Part shown: one piece after another, positions 1-9,052 of the stretch
How positions within the stretch are numbered: position 1 is the first letter of the stretch
Layout: every line of letters starts with the position of its first letter
Origin: Ignisphaera sp.
GTDB lineage: Archaea; Thermoproteota; Thermoprotei_A; Sulfolobales; Ignisphaeraceae
Direction of reading: 5' to 3'
Length of the DNA: 64,000 nucleotides
Assembly: GCA_038821645.1 (NCBI GenBank)
Contig: JAWBDT010000002.1
Coordinates: forward strand, 1 to 64,000
Position numbers and translations under genes: made by a program
The notes under the pieces: model-generated
Databases searched by the model: none
Told to the model about the DNA's origin: nothing
Seen by the model: the letters and a program-made list of their open reading frames with translations, nothing else

Positions 1-136
1 CTCTTTCATCTCGCATCTCTCTAACAAGTTCACTAACAAGAGTCTTCGCCTTAACAGGTTTGAAATCCAGCTCCATATCTAACTCATTAACGAGCTCTCT
101 GACCACAGCCTCTAGATCCACCATAAACTTCTCCAT
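1..136 (-). CDS. Small protein, 3' end outside the window; possibly a VapB-like antitoxin
   Basis: Read manually: ATG at 136 gives MEKFMVDLEAVVRELVNELDMELDFKPVKAKTLVSELVREMRDER. The 'LVREMRDER' segment resembles archaeal antitoxin C-termini. Confidence 0.35.
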   Translation of the reverse strand, partial: MEKFMVDLEAVVRELVNELDMELDFKPVKAKTLVSELVREMRDER

Positions 137-385
137 AAGAAGACCCTTAGCCTATAGTCTTTTTTGTATCTCGTAGTTGTGTTCTACTTGAAGAGATTTT
201 AAGCTTTTCACAGAAATGCTTCAGTCTCTCCAAGGGAAAGTCCATGGAACCTCGGTAGCTAGTAGAAGTATTCTCGAAGATGAGCTTATGTAGGAAACTG
301 TTGAGAGAATAAGTGGTTAAGATGCTTAACATGAGAGAACACTAACCCATGAAAACGGTAATCGTTTATAGGGAGCGTGGAGGAG

Positions 386-473
386 TGGCGCCGGGGGCGG
401 GATTTGAACCCGCGCGGGGTGTTCCCCCACCGGCTTAGCAGGCCGGCGCCCTACCAGGCTAGGCGACCCCGGC
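386..473 (-). tRNA. tRNA-Ser(GCT)
   Basis: Reverse complement is GCCGGGGTCGCCTAGCCTGGTAGGGCGCCGGCCT-GCT-AAGCCGG, then a long variable arm, then GGTTCAAATCCCGCCCCCGGCGCCA. Cloverleaf with encoded CCA. Confidence 0.96.
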
Positions 474-588
474 TTTGATTGTGTTTAGGTTCTGTATAGT
501 TTTTGTTGTATGGGTGTTATAAGGTTTTGGTTTTATTTGGTTTAGTTTTAATATGTTGTTACTTTGGGTAGCTTTTTTAGGGATTGTG

Positions 589-1680
589 ATGCCTAGGATT
601 GATGTTGGTAGAGCTCCTAGTGATGTTGATGGTTCTGATTCTAGGTTGGCTGTTGAGAGGTTTTTAATGGCTTTAGAGGCTTCAGGTGCTGATGAAAAGA
701 CTGTGAAGAGCTATAGATCTGCTCTATATGATTTCTTTAGCTTTATAGGGTGGAAATCTGTTAGAGATGTTACTGTAAATGATTTCTATTTGTGGAGAGT
801 TGAGAGGCTTAGGAATGGTTTTCCTAATGCTAAATATGGTGATAGAAGGTCTAGAGAAGCTACACTCTACTACTACACGTTATTTATTAAAAGATTCTTC
901 AACTGGATGGGGATAGATATAGTTATCCCTTCTGTCAAAAGACCTAGGAGAAGAGATATACCTATACTCAAACCTGAAGAAATAGTGCGTCTATTTAATG
1001 CCTCTAGAGATCATCTAGATCTACTAATCCTATCGCTTCTTCTAGAAACAGGTCTAAGAGCTGAAGAAGCGTTGAGCATAACGTTCGAGGATATAGATCT
1101 AGCTGCTAGAGAAATTAGGATTAGAAACGCTAAATATGATGAAGAAAGAACAGTATTCATAGGTGATCTAACAACACAGATACTTACCCACATAATAGGG
1201 TTGAGAAGACCATCACCAACAGAAAGAGTTCTACCTATAAGCTATAGCGGACTCTACAAAAGACTCAAAAGCCTAGCTAAAAGAGCAGGTATAGATCCCA
1301 GAAGAATTAGGCCCCATATATTTAGACACACATTCGCTACAGAAGCTCTAAAGAAAGGACTGAACATAGTATTCCTACAGCAACTACTAGGACACAGAGA
1401 CCTAAAGACAACACAGATATATCTACACATACTTAGAGACGATATAAAGGAACAGTACCTAAGAATCTTCAGCACAACAAGCTATATACAACCAAGACAA
1501 TCATTAATACAGCAACCATTAAACATAAACCCATATCCACTCCAACCCTACATACATCAACAAACACCATACACTAATCTAGATCCATACACATCCAATA
1601 CCACAAAGATATGCCATAACTGTAGTACACAGATACCATATACAGCTAGATTTTGTCCATATTGTGGCACAAAACAATAA
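589..1680 (+). CDS. xerA: XerA-type tyrosine recombinase with a C-terminal zinc ribbon
   Basis: N-terminal SAM-like domain (T..SY..AL..FF). Catalytic motifs TGLR, K, HIFRH and LGH....TTQIY. Start taken at ATG 589 (ORF opens at 553). Confidence 0.85.
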   Translation: MPRIDVGRAPSDVDGSDSRLAVERFLMALEASGADEKTVKSYRSALYDFFSFIGWKSVRDVTVNDFYLWRVERLRNGFPNAKYGDRRSREATLYYYTLFIKRFFNWMGIDIVIPSVKRPRRRDIPILKPEEIVRLFNASRDHLDLLILSLLLETGLRAEEALSITFEDIDLAAREIRIRNAKYDEERTVFIGDLTTQILTHIIGLRRPSPTERVLPISYSGLYKRLKSLAKRAGIDPRRIRPHIFRHTFATEALKKGLNIVFLQQLLGHRDLKTTQIYLHILRDDIKEQYLRIFSTTSYIQPRQSLIQQPLNINPYPLQPYIHQQTPYTNLDPYTSNTTKICHNCSTQIPYTARFCPYCGTKQ

Positions 1681-1879
1681 TACTTAACTTCTTTATCAAA
1701 TCTATACTACATTCATCATAACACTATGGTTTAGAGATATCGAGAACTATAGAAGTATCATTAATCTAAGTAAAGAACATGATACAGATATCTACTGCAT
1801 ACAACTACGATACACAGTACTTCCAGCTAATCTAATGGCTTGTGTATGAGGATCAGGTGATAGGTCTGTTGCTAGATCT

Positions 1880-2200
1880 CTAATACTCTAGCTCTTTTTC
1901 ATCAAATCCATCTGAACCTATTATGCTGTATCTACCTTCTTCATCCATAGCCACTATACCTTCATCCATCAACTTGATTAAGCATTTCCTGATCTTATCT
2001 TCACTTGCTATACCTGCGAGTTTTGAATGTATTTCTTTAATAGATTTGGATCCTGATCTAAGCATCTCTAGAACAATTTCTCTAAGCTCGCTTTCGTTTG
2101 GAGCCATTGTCACAACTATTTCTGGATCTTCATAGAGTACCTTGAGTTTAAGGTCTTTATCTAATTCAAGTACATTTCTTTCAACATATCTTTCTTGCAT
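1880..2200 (-). CDS. Winged-helix (ArsR-like) DNA-binding protein
   Basis: C-terminal 'KSIKEIHSKLAGIASEDKIRKCLIKLMDEGIV..EGRY' wHTH pattern. Upstream GGTGA Shine-Dalgarno (SD). Confidence 0.7.
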   Translation of the reverse strand: MQERYVERNVLELDKDLKLKVLYEDPEIVVTMAPNESELREIVLEMLRSGSKSIKEIHSKLAGIASEDKIRKCLIKLMDEGIVAMDEEGRYSIIGSDGFDEKELEY

Positions 2201-2388
2201 ATAGATGTATTCACCTCGTAAACATATAGAGCGGTGTTGTACATAGCTAATGCATATAGTTCATTAGGGTCAGATTCGTGGTAGGTTAGCTTCTTCAGCA
2301 GCTTTTATATTTACTGGTTTAACTGTTTTAATTAGTTGATACCAGTTATACTCACCCTTTATATAATGAGTAAACAAACAGCTTTTGT

Positions 2389-2784
2389 TTGTGGTGTAAA
2401 TATTTGCCTTGTCCATGGTATCAACACGGTATGTGTACCTCTCCAAAACTACCTGAACCTGTAGATACTGTAGTAGCTATCGATAGATGTGGTTCTGAGA
2501 ACATATACATAAACTGTGTATACTATGTAGAAGAACCTGTAAAACATTTTAGAAAAGAACATCAAACCAAAAAAGATAGAGTAAAGATATATGCACCTAT
2601 CCATGCGCTACCTCCTCAACTTAACTGTGGATGTCCAGAATGTGATATCAGTAGTACAGAGAATGGTGTTAGATTTGCTTACTGCAAGCTTATCGATAGA
2701 CATTTAACACGATATGATGTGTATCTATGTAGTAGATACTGGAGAGAATGTCCATACAGACTATATTCTTCTATCTCTACATAA
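2389..2784 (+). CDS. Cys-rich hypothetical protein, probably metal-binding
   Basis: 11 Cys in two similar modules (CPWY..C..C..CVY and CPEC..C..C..CPY). Confidence 0.65.
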   Translation: MWCKYLPCPWYQHGMCTSPKLPEPVDTVVAIDRCGSENIYINCVYYVEEPVKHFRKEHQTKKDRVKIYAPIHALPPQLNCGCPECDISSTENGVRFAYCKLIDRHLTRYDVYLCSRYWRECPYRLYSSIST

Positions 2785-2787
2785 ATA

Positions 2788-3861
2788 TTATCCTATAGGA
2801 TACCTAGTTATAGCTGCTAAACATCCAAAGGTATCTCTAAACCATTCATACTCATCTACTGAAGACGGTATAACTACTACTGATGCACCTCTATCTTGAG
2901 CTATCTTCTCAAGTCTATCAATATCCTGGTGGTCTTCACATACCAAGAGCTTTTCTACAGCTCCATTGTTTAAAGCTTCTTCAACATCTTTAACACCATA
3001 GACAATATACCCATCATCTTTAGCTATATGGTATTTGAATTCCTCTATAGTGTTAAGTATATCGAAGTACCTATGTTTCGCAAGTATCTCTTTTGCTTTA
3101 AAGACAGTTTCCCTAAGACCTACAATACCTTGGTAAGAGACATCTATAGGTTCTCCGATAATCATTTTCCGCACTCTATAGTCTAGATTATCGGCTTCCT
3201 TCAGAAAGTCTAGTTTTGCGTAACCAGGTCCAGCGATTATGATTCCTTTGAGCTTCTTTTCTTCAATTAATGGAACAAAGTAGTTGTTTATTTTCTCGGC
3301 TACATGTTTATAGAATTCTTCAACCATTTGCTCAATAATTCTATCGAATCTTCTTTGGCTTTGGCCACCCTTATGATGTTTACCTGGAATAAACCACTCT
3401 ATTTCATCTAGAACCTGTACTCCTGAAGGTTTTAGAAGACCTATTGTAGCTTCATCTCTCTCTATTATCACTATACCATATATATCTTGTTCCTCTATCA
3501 TAGGCTCTAGAAATTCTGTATGGAACTCTTTATCAGTTCTATAGAAGAACACAGGTATGGGATCAGGTGGTGAGAATACAAGAGTTATAGTGTCGTTTGT
3601 ATCCTCATTTATACCGCTAAACACGACTAAACCATTTCTAGGTGTCTGTCTTATCATTGAGAGTCTATCTATAGCTGTAGATAGAGCCCATTGCACAGCA
3701 TCACGTGTTTTCTTAAGCTTTATGTTCTCTGTTATAGCTAGCTCCTGCCTAAGGAGATTCACTACATCGCTTATAGGTCTACCTGGCGGTATATATAGGC
3801 TAAGTAGTGTTGTTGCATGAGCACGCCACTTCTTCAACTCCTTTATAATCTGCTTCAGCAT
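2788..3861 (-). CDS. prf1: Peptide chain release factor aRF1
   Basis: Motifs LSLYIPP, NIKL(K), KHHKGGQSQRRF and AGPG..K; three-domain eRF1 length. Confidence 0.96.
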   Translation of the reverse strand: MLKQIIKELKKWRAHATTLLSLYIPPGRPISDVVNLLRQELAITENIKLKKTRDAVQWALSTAIDRLSMIRQTPRNGLVVFSGINEDTNDTITLVFSPPDPIPVFFYRTDKEFHTEFLEPMIEEQDIYGIVIIERDEATIGLLKPSGVQVLDEIEWFIPGKHHKGGQSQRRFDRIIEQMVEEFYKHVAEKINNYFVPLIEEKKLKGIIIAGPGYAKLDFLKEADNLDYRVRKMIIGEPIDVSYQGIVGLRETVFKAKEILAKHRYFDILNTIEEFKYHIAKDDGYIVYGVKDVEEALNNGAVEKLLVCEDHQDIDRLEKIAQDRGASVVVIPSSVDEYEWFRDTFGCLAAITRYPIG

Positions 3862-4014
3862 CCTTCTATCTACAGATAGCTTTGATTCCCATTCGCTAAA
3901 TACGCCTCACCTATTACACATAAACATCCTAGAACAGCTAAAAGCTTATCCATAAACTCTGTTTATAAACATTATGCTGAGAGGTAAAATATACTCTAGC
4001 GTTGTCTCTTTTAG

Positions 4015-4860
4015 GTGCAGTTTTTGAATTTAAACAGGTATTCTGAAGATGAAGTAGATAATGAGTTCATCGAATTTGTAGCACCTATAGCAACAAGACA
4101 TAGCTCAAGTGATGAAGCAGTAGAGTCTATAGCTAGTGACAGAGGACCTAGATCTAGAGTAGTTGAAGCTATACTCCTTCTACTCTATGTAAAACCAATG
4201 AAAAGCTCAGAAATAGCAAAAATACTCAACAAGTCAAGCAAATTGATTAGTAGCTATCTAAGTTATTGGAAGACACGAAGATATGTGGTATATAGAACAG
4301 GTTACTGGATGCTTACAAAACTAGGAGAAGAGTATGTGAAAACCCTTCTCGAATCTATAGGAGTACCTATAGCTACTCCTCGAGATGTGGTTCTGTTAGC
4401 CCACAAACTGATAAATGAACAGATACATACAACAATAAACAACAAGAATAAGCTAAAGAACACACCATATAGCACAGAAATACAGCAGTTCATTGTCTCA
4501 GAAACAGCTAAAAATGTGGGTAAACACTCCCATAATACATCCACAGACACAAAAACAACACTTGAAAAAGCATTAAGTTGTGTGAAAAAAGTTCTCGAGA
4601 CTAAAGATCTACTTGAAGAAGAGATCACTATATTGAACTACTTAATCAAACATTATGTAGAGTGGAGTAGCACATATCTCTACCTAGACCAGATAGCTGA
4701 CGAACTTCACTATCCATCACATGAATTAATGAACATCCTTAGAAAACTTCAGACAAAGAAGCTTGTCTATCTATATACAGACAGAAGATTTGGGATTCGT
4801 GTAGGGCTTGGAAAAAGCTTTAAGTATATTCTAGATCAATGTATGTCTAAAACAGTCTAA
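4015..4860 (+). CDS. whiP: Winged-helix replication initiator protein WhiP
   Basis: 'GPRSRVVEAILLLL..PMKSSEIA..L......ISSYLSYWKTR' N-terminal wHTH and a second wHTH ending 'KKLVYLYTDRRFGIRVGL', typical of crenarchaeal WhiP. Confidence 0.8.
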   Translation: MQFLNLNRYSEDEVDNEFIEFVAPIATRHSSSDEAVESIASDRGPRSRVVEAILLLLYVKPMKSSEIAKILNKSSKLISSYLSYWKTRRYVVYRTGYWMLTKLGEEYVKTLLESIGVPIATPRDVVLLAHKLINEQIHTTINNKNKLKNTPYSTEIQQFIVSETAKNVGKHSHNTSTDTKTTLEKALSCVKKVLETKDLLEEEITILNYLIKHYVEWSSTYLYLDQIADELHYPSHELMNILRKLQTKKLVYLYTDRRFGIRVGLGKSFKYILDQCMSKTV

Positions 4861-5093
4861 ACATATTTAGCAAGAATATCTACAACTTCTTCTATCTTCT
4901 GCCTATTTTCATTCAACATATATACAGTATCATGGAGATTGACTCTAGAAACTACTTTATACAAACCTTATATGAAATACACATATGTTCTCAGGTTCTG
5001 TAGTTGTAGTATATATTATGATGATATTGACTAACCTGATTTTATCTATATTCATTCTATAGAGTTAGTCAATTCGATATTTGTATCATCTAT

Positions 5094-5768
5094 TTATGTT
5101 TCTCTCCATCCATATTCTCCTAAGAGAGGAACAAATACACATGATATTGTATGTCTAATCGATACATCACCTCTTCTATCTTTAGTTACTATAGTAAGGT
5201 ATTGTTCATATCTATTGCCTACAGGTATAACCATTACCCCTTCTAGAGCTAGCTGATTTACAAGAGGTTCAGGTATTCTTGGAGCAGCTGCAGTCACTAT
5301 TATCCTATCATATGGTGCAAATTCCTGTAGACCTTTACTTCCATCACCAACGTATATGGTTATGTACTCTAGTAGATGGGGTACAGCTTTCGATATATTT
5401 ATTAAAGCGTTTTGAGCTAGTTCAGGTATACGTTCTATTGTATATACATGTCCACAACCTTTCGAGACTATATTGGCAAGTATAGATGCTTGATAACCAG
5501 AACCTGTACCTATTTCCAGAATCTTGTGATTTGGTTCCACCATAAGTTCTTCTGTCATTATTGCAACCATGTGAGGAGCACTAATAGTTTGTCCAGAGCC
5601 TATGGGGAGTGGAGTATCTTGGTAAGCGTATTCCCTAAGGTGTTCAGGTACATAGTATTCTCGAGGGATAGACAAGAAAGCCTCTTCAACATTTTTACTC
5701 CTGATTATACCTACACGCTTTAGATATTCAACAAGTTGTTTCCTCTCATAGCTATATGTATTGCTCAT
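5094..5768 (-). CDS. pcm: Protein-L-isoaspartate O-methyltransferase
   Basis: Motifs GQTISAPHM, LEIGTGSGY, APYDRIIVTAA and FVPL. Confidence 0.96.
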   Translation of the reverse strand: MSNTYSYERKQLVEYLKRVGIIRSKNVEEAFLSIPREYYVPEHLREYAYQDTPLPIGSGQTISAPHMVAIMTEELMVEPNHKILEIGTGSGYQASILANIVSKGCGHVYTIERIPELAQNALINISKAVPHLLEYITIYVGDGSKGLQEFAPYDRIIVTAAAPRIPEPLVNQLALEGVMVIPVGNRYEQYLTIVTKDRRGDVSIRHTISCVFVPLLGEYGWRET

Positions 5769-5838
5769 GGCATCATCCCTAGGTACACTACTCGATACAT
5801 TAATAGCTTCACCAAGATATTATATTTATGGTGTATCT

Positions 5839-6297
5839 ATGAACTATATCCCTGTATACAGAGATAGAGTTGTAGCAAAAGGACACAAAAACATTAAAGC
5901 ACTACATCCTACAACATTTGAACTCACGAAAGATAATTATCTGACAGAGAGAGGAGACTGTATAATAGGTATAAACCTTGATAAAAGTGCATCAGAACTA
6001 GATCCAAAAATTAGAGAATTACTGAAGAAAGATACATCAATTGTTTTAATAGTCTTGAAAGTAGATAATGTTACCGATATCGTGATAGCTCAAGGGAGTA
6101 AGAATCTGGTTCTCAATGATCCTAGAAAAATAGTGGTGAGAAGGAGTAGCTACATAGATTCTGCAACAGTAGCTATAAATGCAAATAAAGGATCTAAGCA
6201 TATAAAAAGAGATCTAATAGAGAGGCTAAAGAGTCAAGATGCAACACTTGTGATGGATATCTATGTTCTAGATCTAGAAACTATAGACATATTGTAG
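5839..6297 (+). CDS. DUF371 family protein
   Basis: 'AKGHKNIKALHPTTFELTKDNYLTERGDCIIG' signature. Start taken at ATG 5839. Confidence 0.88.
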   Translation: MNYIPVYRDRVVAKGHKNIKALHPTTFELTKDNYLTERGDCIIGINLDKSASELDPKIRELLKKDTSIVLIVLKVDNVTDIVIAQGSKNLVLNDPRKIVVRRSSYIDSATVAINANKGSKHIKRDLIERLKSQDATLVMDIYVLDLETIDIL

Positions 6298-6453
6298 CTG
6301 ATTATAATAAGTAACCAGTTATATGATTCATCATCAGCTTACCCACTTTATTGAGTATATCGATGGGATCTTTCTGATTTATAGAGAAAGAAATAAATGT
6401 TGGAAACAACAAGATTGATACAGAATAACATTTGTTGTATTGGAGGATAGCTA

Positions 6454-7290
6454 ATGATTATAGGTCTTACAGCTAAAAAAGGTGGTGGAATACCCTACGA
6501 AATAGCTAAAGAGATACTCAAGTATTGTGAAACTCTTGGTATTGAGGTTCTTGTTGATAAAGATATTGCTAAAGATCTAGAATGGAGTAAAACATTCTCT
6601 TTAGGAGTTGAAAATATAGATTTCTTAATAGTTGTAGGTGGAGATGGAACTCTTCTTAGAACTATTCATAAACTCGGCTCAATGAGAATCCCTATAGTTA
6701 CCATTAAAGCTGGACGCAGAGGATTCCTATTCGATGTAGATCCTCCAGAGGTACGAAATAGACTTAGAGATCTTGTTGAAGGTAGATACACTATACATGA
6801 GTATATGATGCTCAAGATCGCTATAGATGGTGTAGAACAGAAGCGTATACCTTATGCTGTAAACGATGTTGTTGTAGCTGTTTCTAGATACCTTGGATCT
6901 AGAGTTATATCGCTTGAGGTTAGAGTTGATGGGGATATTCTTTACAGATTTGATGGTGATGGAGCTATAGTTGCAACACCACTCGGTTCTTCAGCATACA
7001 CATTTTCTGCTGGAGGCCCTGTTGTAGATGTTAATGTTGAAGCAATAACTATCACTCCTCTAGCTCCACTTCAACCTAATGCTAGACCTGTAGTCTTATC
7101 GGCTAACAGAGTTCTAGAGATAGAGAATGTTAGTGAAAGTGATACAGCTACATGTATAGTTGATGGTGATACTGTAGCTGAGCTACCACCTAGAGGAAGA
7201 GTCACTATATCTAGAGCTGAGTTTAGGGTTAAGTTTGTCAGATTCAAGAGATTTGAAACATATAGAAGGGTGCAGAGTTGTGAATTCTGA
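6454..7290 (+). CDS. nadK: NAD(+) kinase
   Basis: Motifs GGDGT, ND and DG.IVATPLGSSAY..SAGGP. Confidence 0.93.
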   Translation: MIIGLTAKKGGGIPYEIAKEILKYCETLGIEVLVDKDIAKDLEWSKTFSLGVENIDFLIVVGGDGTLLRTIHKLGSMRIPIVTIKAGRRGFLFDVDPPEVRNRLRDLVEGRYTIHEYMMLKIAIDGVEQKRIPYAVNDVVVAVSRYLGSRVISLEVRVDGDILYRFDGDGAIVATPLGSSAYTFSAGGPVVDVNVEAITITPLAPLQPNARPVVLSANRVLEIENVSESDTATCIVDGDTVAELPPRGRVTISRAEFRVKFVRFKRFETYRRVQSCEF

Positions 7291-7687
7291 GGTATATATA
7301 TTCGATACAGCTGCATTTCTCTCTGCTCTTCAGCTCTACATATACAGAGGAGAGATAGTTACAACACCTAGTGTAGTTAAGGAGGTTAAGGATAGCGAAA
7401 GCATTGCTAGACTTGATGTAGCAGCTGCTGTAGATAGATTCCATGTAGAGGAGCCTTCAGCTAGATACATTGAGGAAGCAAAATCTATTTCTAAGAGAAT
7501 GAACCTTTATGAAAAACTATCTGAAACAGATATAGAGGTTCTAGCACTAGCTATAGAGTATAGATCTAAAGGATGTAGACCCATAGTCTTTACAGATGAT
7601 TACGATATGCAGAAGATACTAAAAACCATCGGTATAGAATTTAGATCTATCAAGAACCTAGGCATAAATAGTGGAAAGAGGATCTAG
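7280..7687 (+). CDS. nob1: Nob1-family PIN endonuclease (short form)
   Basis: Motifs FDTAAFL, V..EV, LSETDIEVLALA and TDDY.MQ. Start taken at GTG 7280. Confidence 0.82.
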   Translation: MNSEVYIFDTAAFLSALQLYIYRGEIVTTPSVVKEVKDSESIARLDVAAAVDRFHVEEPSARYIEEAKSISKRMNLYEKLSETDIEVLALAIEYRSKGCRPIVFTDDYDMQKILKTIGIEFRSIKNLGINSGKRI

Positions 7688-8847
7688 CATCTCTTAACGA
7701 GTTTAGCTATAAAGTAACCAGTAGTATCATGTTCATGGGGATAGAACCTAAGAAAAGCATCACCATAGACAGAGCCTCTATAGCCTCTTGAACCTCTCTT
7801 AACATCTATGGGTACAGGTTCTAAACATCTATCTTCAGAAAGAATCTTCTCAATTATTTCTTCATTCTCCTCTAACGTAACTGTACAAGTAGAATAAACC
7901 ACTACTCCACCTCTCTTAAGTAGTTTTGTGGCAGACCTTAGAAACTGTATCTGGTATTTTGCAGCAGCAACCACATCTCTATAGCTTTTAATATCGTAGA
8001 TCTTTGGTCTTACACCTAAAGCACTACAAGGAGGATCAACAACAATTTTATCTACCTTCATCCCACCAAAATCTATATGTACATATCGTGAATCAGATCT
8101 CCATATCTCTATAAAAGGGGTACACCCTAGTCTATCCATCTCTAGCTTCATATTCTCTAACCTTTTCGCTGAATGATCTAATGCGATAACATGTACTCTA
8201 CCTCTAGAGAGTTCAACTATATGGCTTGTTTTACCTCCTGGTGCAGCACAAACATCAAGTATAAGCTCTCTAGGTCTAGGATCAACAATATGGGCTACAT
8301 ACATAGCTGCAAGACTTTGTGGATAAATCATACCCTTCTCATATTCTGGGAAGCTTCTTATGGATGGAACTCTATAAACAGAAGCAGTAACCTGTACTGC
8401 TATACCTTTTCTTTTCATAAGCATTTCTCTACAACTCATCATGGCTATACCTTCACCCACAACAACGTTATTCTCAGATACGATAGCTACAGTATCTCCA
8501 CGCTCTATATCTCTTGAGCAAGTGATAACACCAGGACCATATAGATGAGAGCCCATGTAGACTGATTCAGCAGCATATTTATCTATTACCACGACTTTAT
8601 CCCTAGGAGCTACTTTGTATGGACCTTTAATAGGAAAGTATATAGCTTCGTAGAGATCTTCATCTCTATACACCTCTACACCTCTAGATCTAAGAGATTC
8701 TACAACATGTTCAGGAGAAGTCTTCAAAGTATTTACACGTACATAGTACCTTTTACCAGGACTCGTTAAAGAGTTCAGAAACTCTTCAAGTTTATCCCTA
8801 AATACCTTAGAGAGTGTCTTAATAAGCAATTCATCATATAGTAGCAT
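7684..8847 (-). CDS. RsmB/NOP2-family RNA m5C methyltransferase with PUA domain (NSUN6-like)
   Basis: RVNTLK, PUA domain, DVCAAPGGKT, DPPCS and YSTCT. Confidence 0.92.
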   Translation of the reverse strand: MLLYDELLIKTLSKVFRDKLEEFLNSLTSPGKRYYVRVNTLKTSPEHVVESLRSRGVEVYRDEDLYEAIYFPIKGPYKVAPRDKVVVIDKYAAESVYMGSHLYGPGVITCSRDIERGDTVAIVSENNVVVGEGIAMMSCREMLMKRKGIAVQVTASVYRVPSIRSFPEYEKGMIYPQSLAAMYVAHIVDPRPRELILDVCAAPGGKTSHIVELSRGRVHVIALDHSAKRLENMKLEMDRLGCTPFIEIWRSDSRYVHIDFGGMKVDKIVVDPPCSALGVRPKIYDIKSYRDVVAAAKYQIQFLRSATKLLKRGGVVVYSTCTVTLEENEEIIEKILSEDRCLEPVPIDVKRGSRGYRGSVYGDAFLRFYPHEHDTTGYFIAKLVKRC

Positions 8848-8944
8848 GTGGATCCTTTACAACCAGATTCTATATACCTAATAAAACCTTTATAAAACCT
8901 ATAGTCTAAAGTCTAGCTTAGGTTATCAGTGTAAAAAGATATGT

Positions 8945-9028
8945 GCCGGGGTGGCCGAGTGGTTCAAGGCGGTGGGCTCGAGACCCACTGGGGGTTTCCC
9001 CGCGCGGGTTCAAATCCCGCCCCCGGCG
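8945..9028 (+). tRNA. tRNA-Ser(CGA)
   Basis: GCCGGGGTGGCCGAGTGGTTCAAGGCGGTGGGCT-CGA-GACCCAC, long variable arm, GGTTCAAATCCCGCCCCCGGCG. CCA not encoded. Confidence 0.96.
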
Positions 9029-9052
9029 CTAAACATCATTAACTTCTGTTTA

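Noticed and set aside
316-330. GTTAAG-ATG-CTTAAC palindrome as a dif site near xerA
   Set aside because: The arms are only 6 bp and the TAA-to-TTA spacer is 5 nt rather than 6.
147-332. 61-aa ORF downstream of the tRNA
   Set aside because: No recognisable motif; could be a fragment or a chance ORF.
386-1680. Integrase next to a tRNA as a sign of an integrated virus or plasmid
   Set aside because: The recombinase lies on the 5' side of the tRNA. I found no duplicated tRNA 3' end in the window and the downstream genes are housekeeping. It fits chromosomal XerA better.
2250-2300. Possible minus-strand C/D sRNA (CTGAAGA...CTGA)
   Set aside because: No convincing C' box or terminal D box.
3700-3730. 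NIKL instead of NIKS in aRF1
   Set aside because: A known variant in crenarchaeal aRF1; not evidence of a genetic-code change.
6319-6380. CTGA-TGATGA element on the minus strand between DUF371 and nadK
   Set aside because: Only the internal D'/C' pair is present; the outer boxes are missing.
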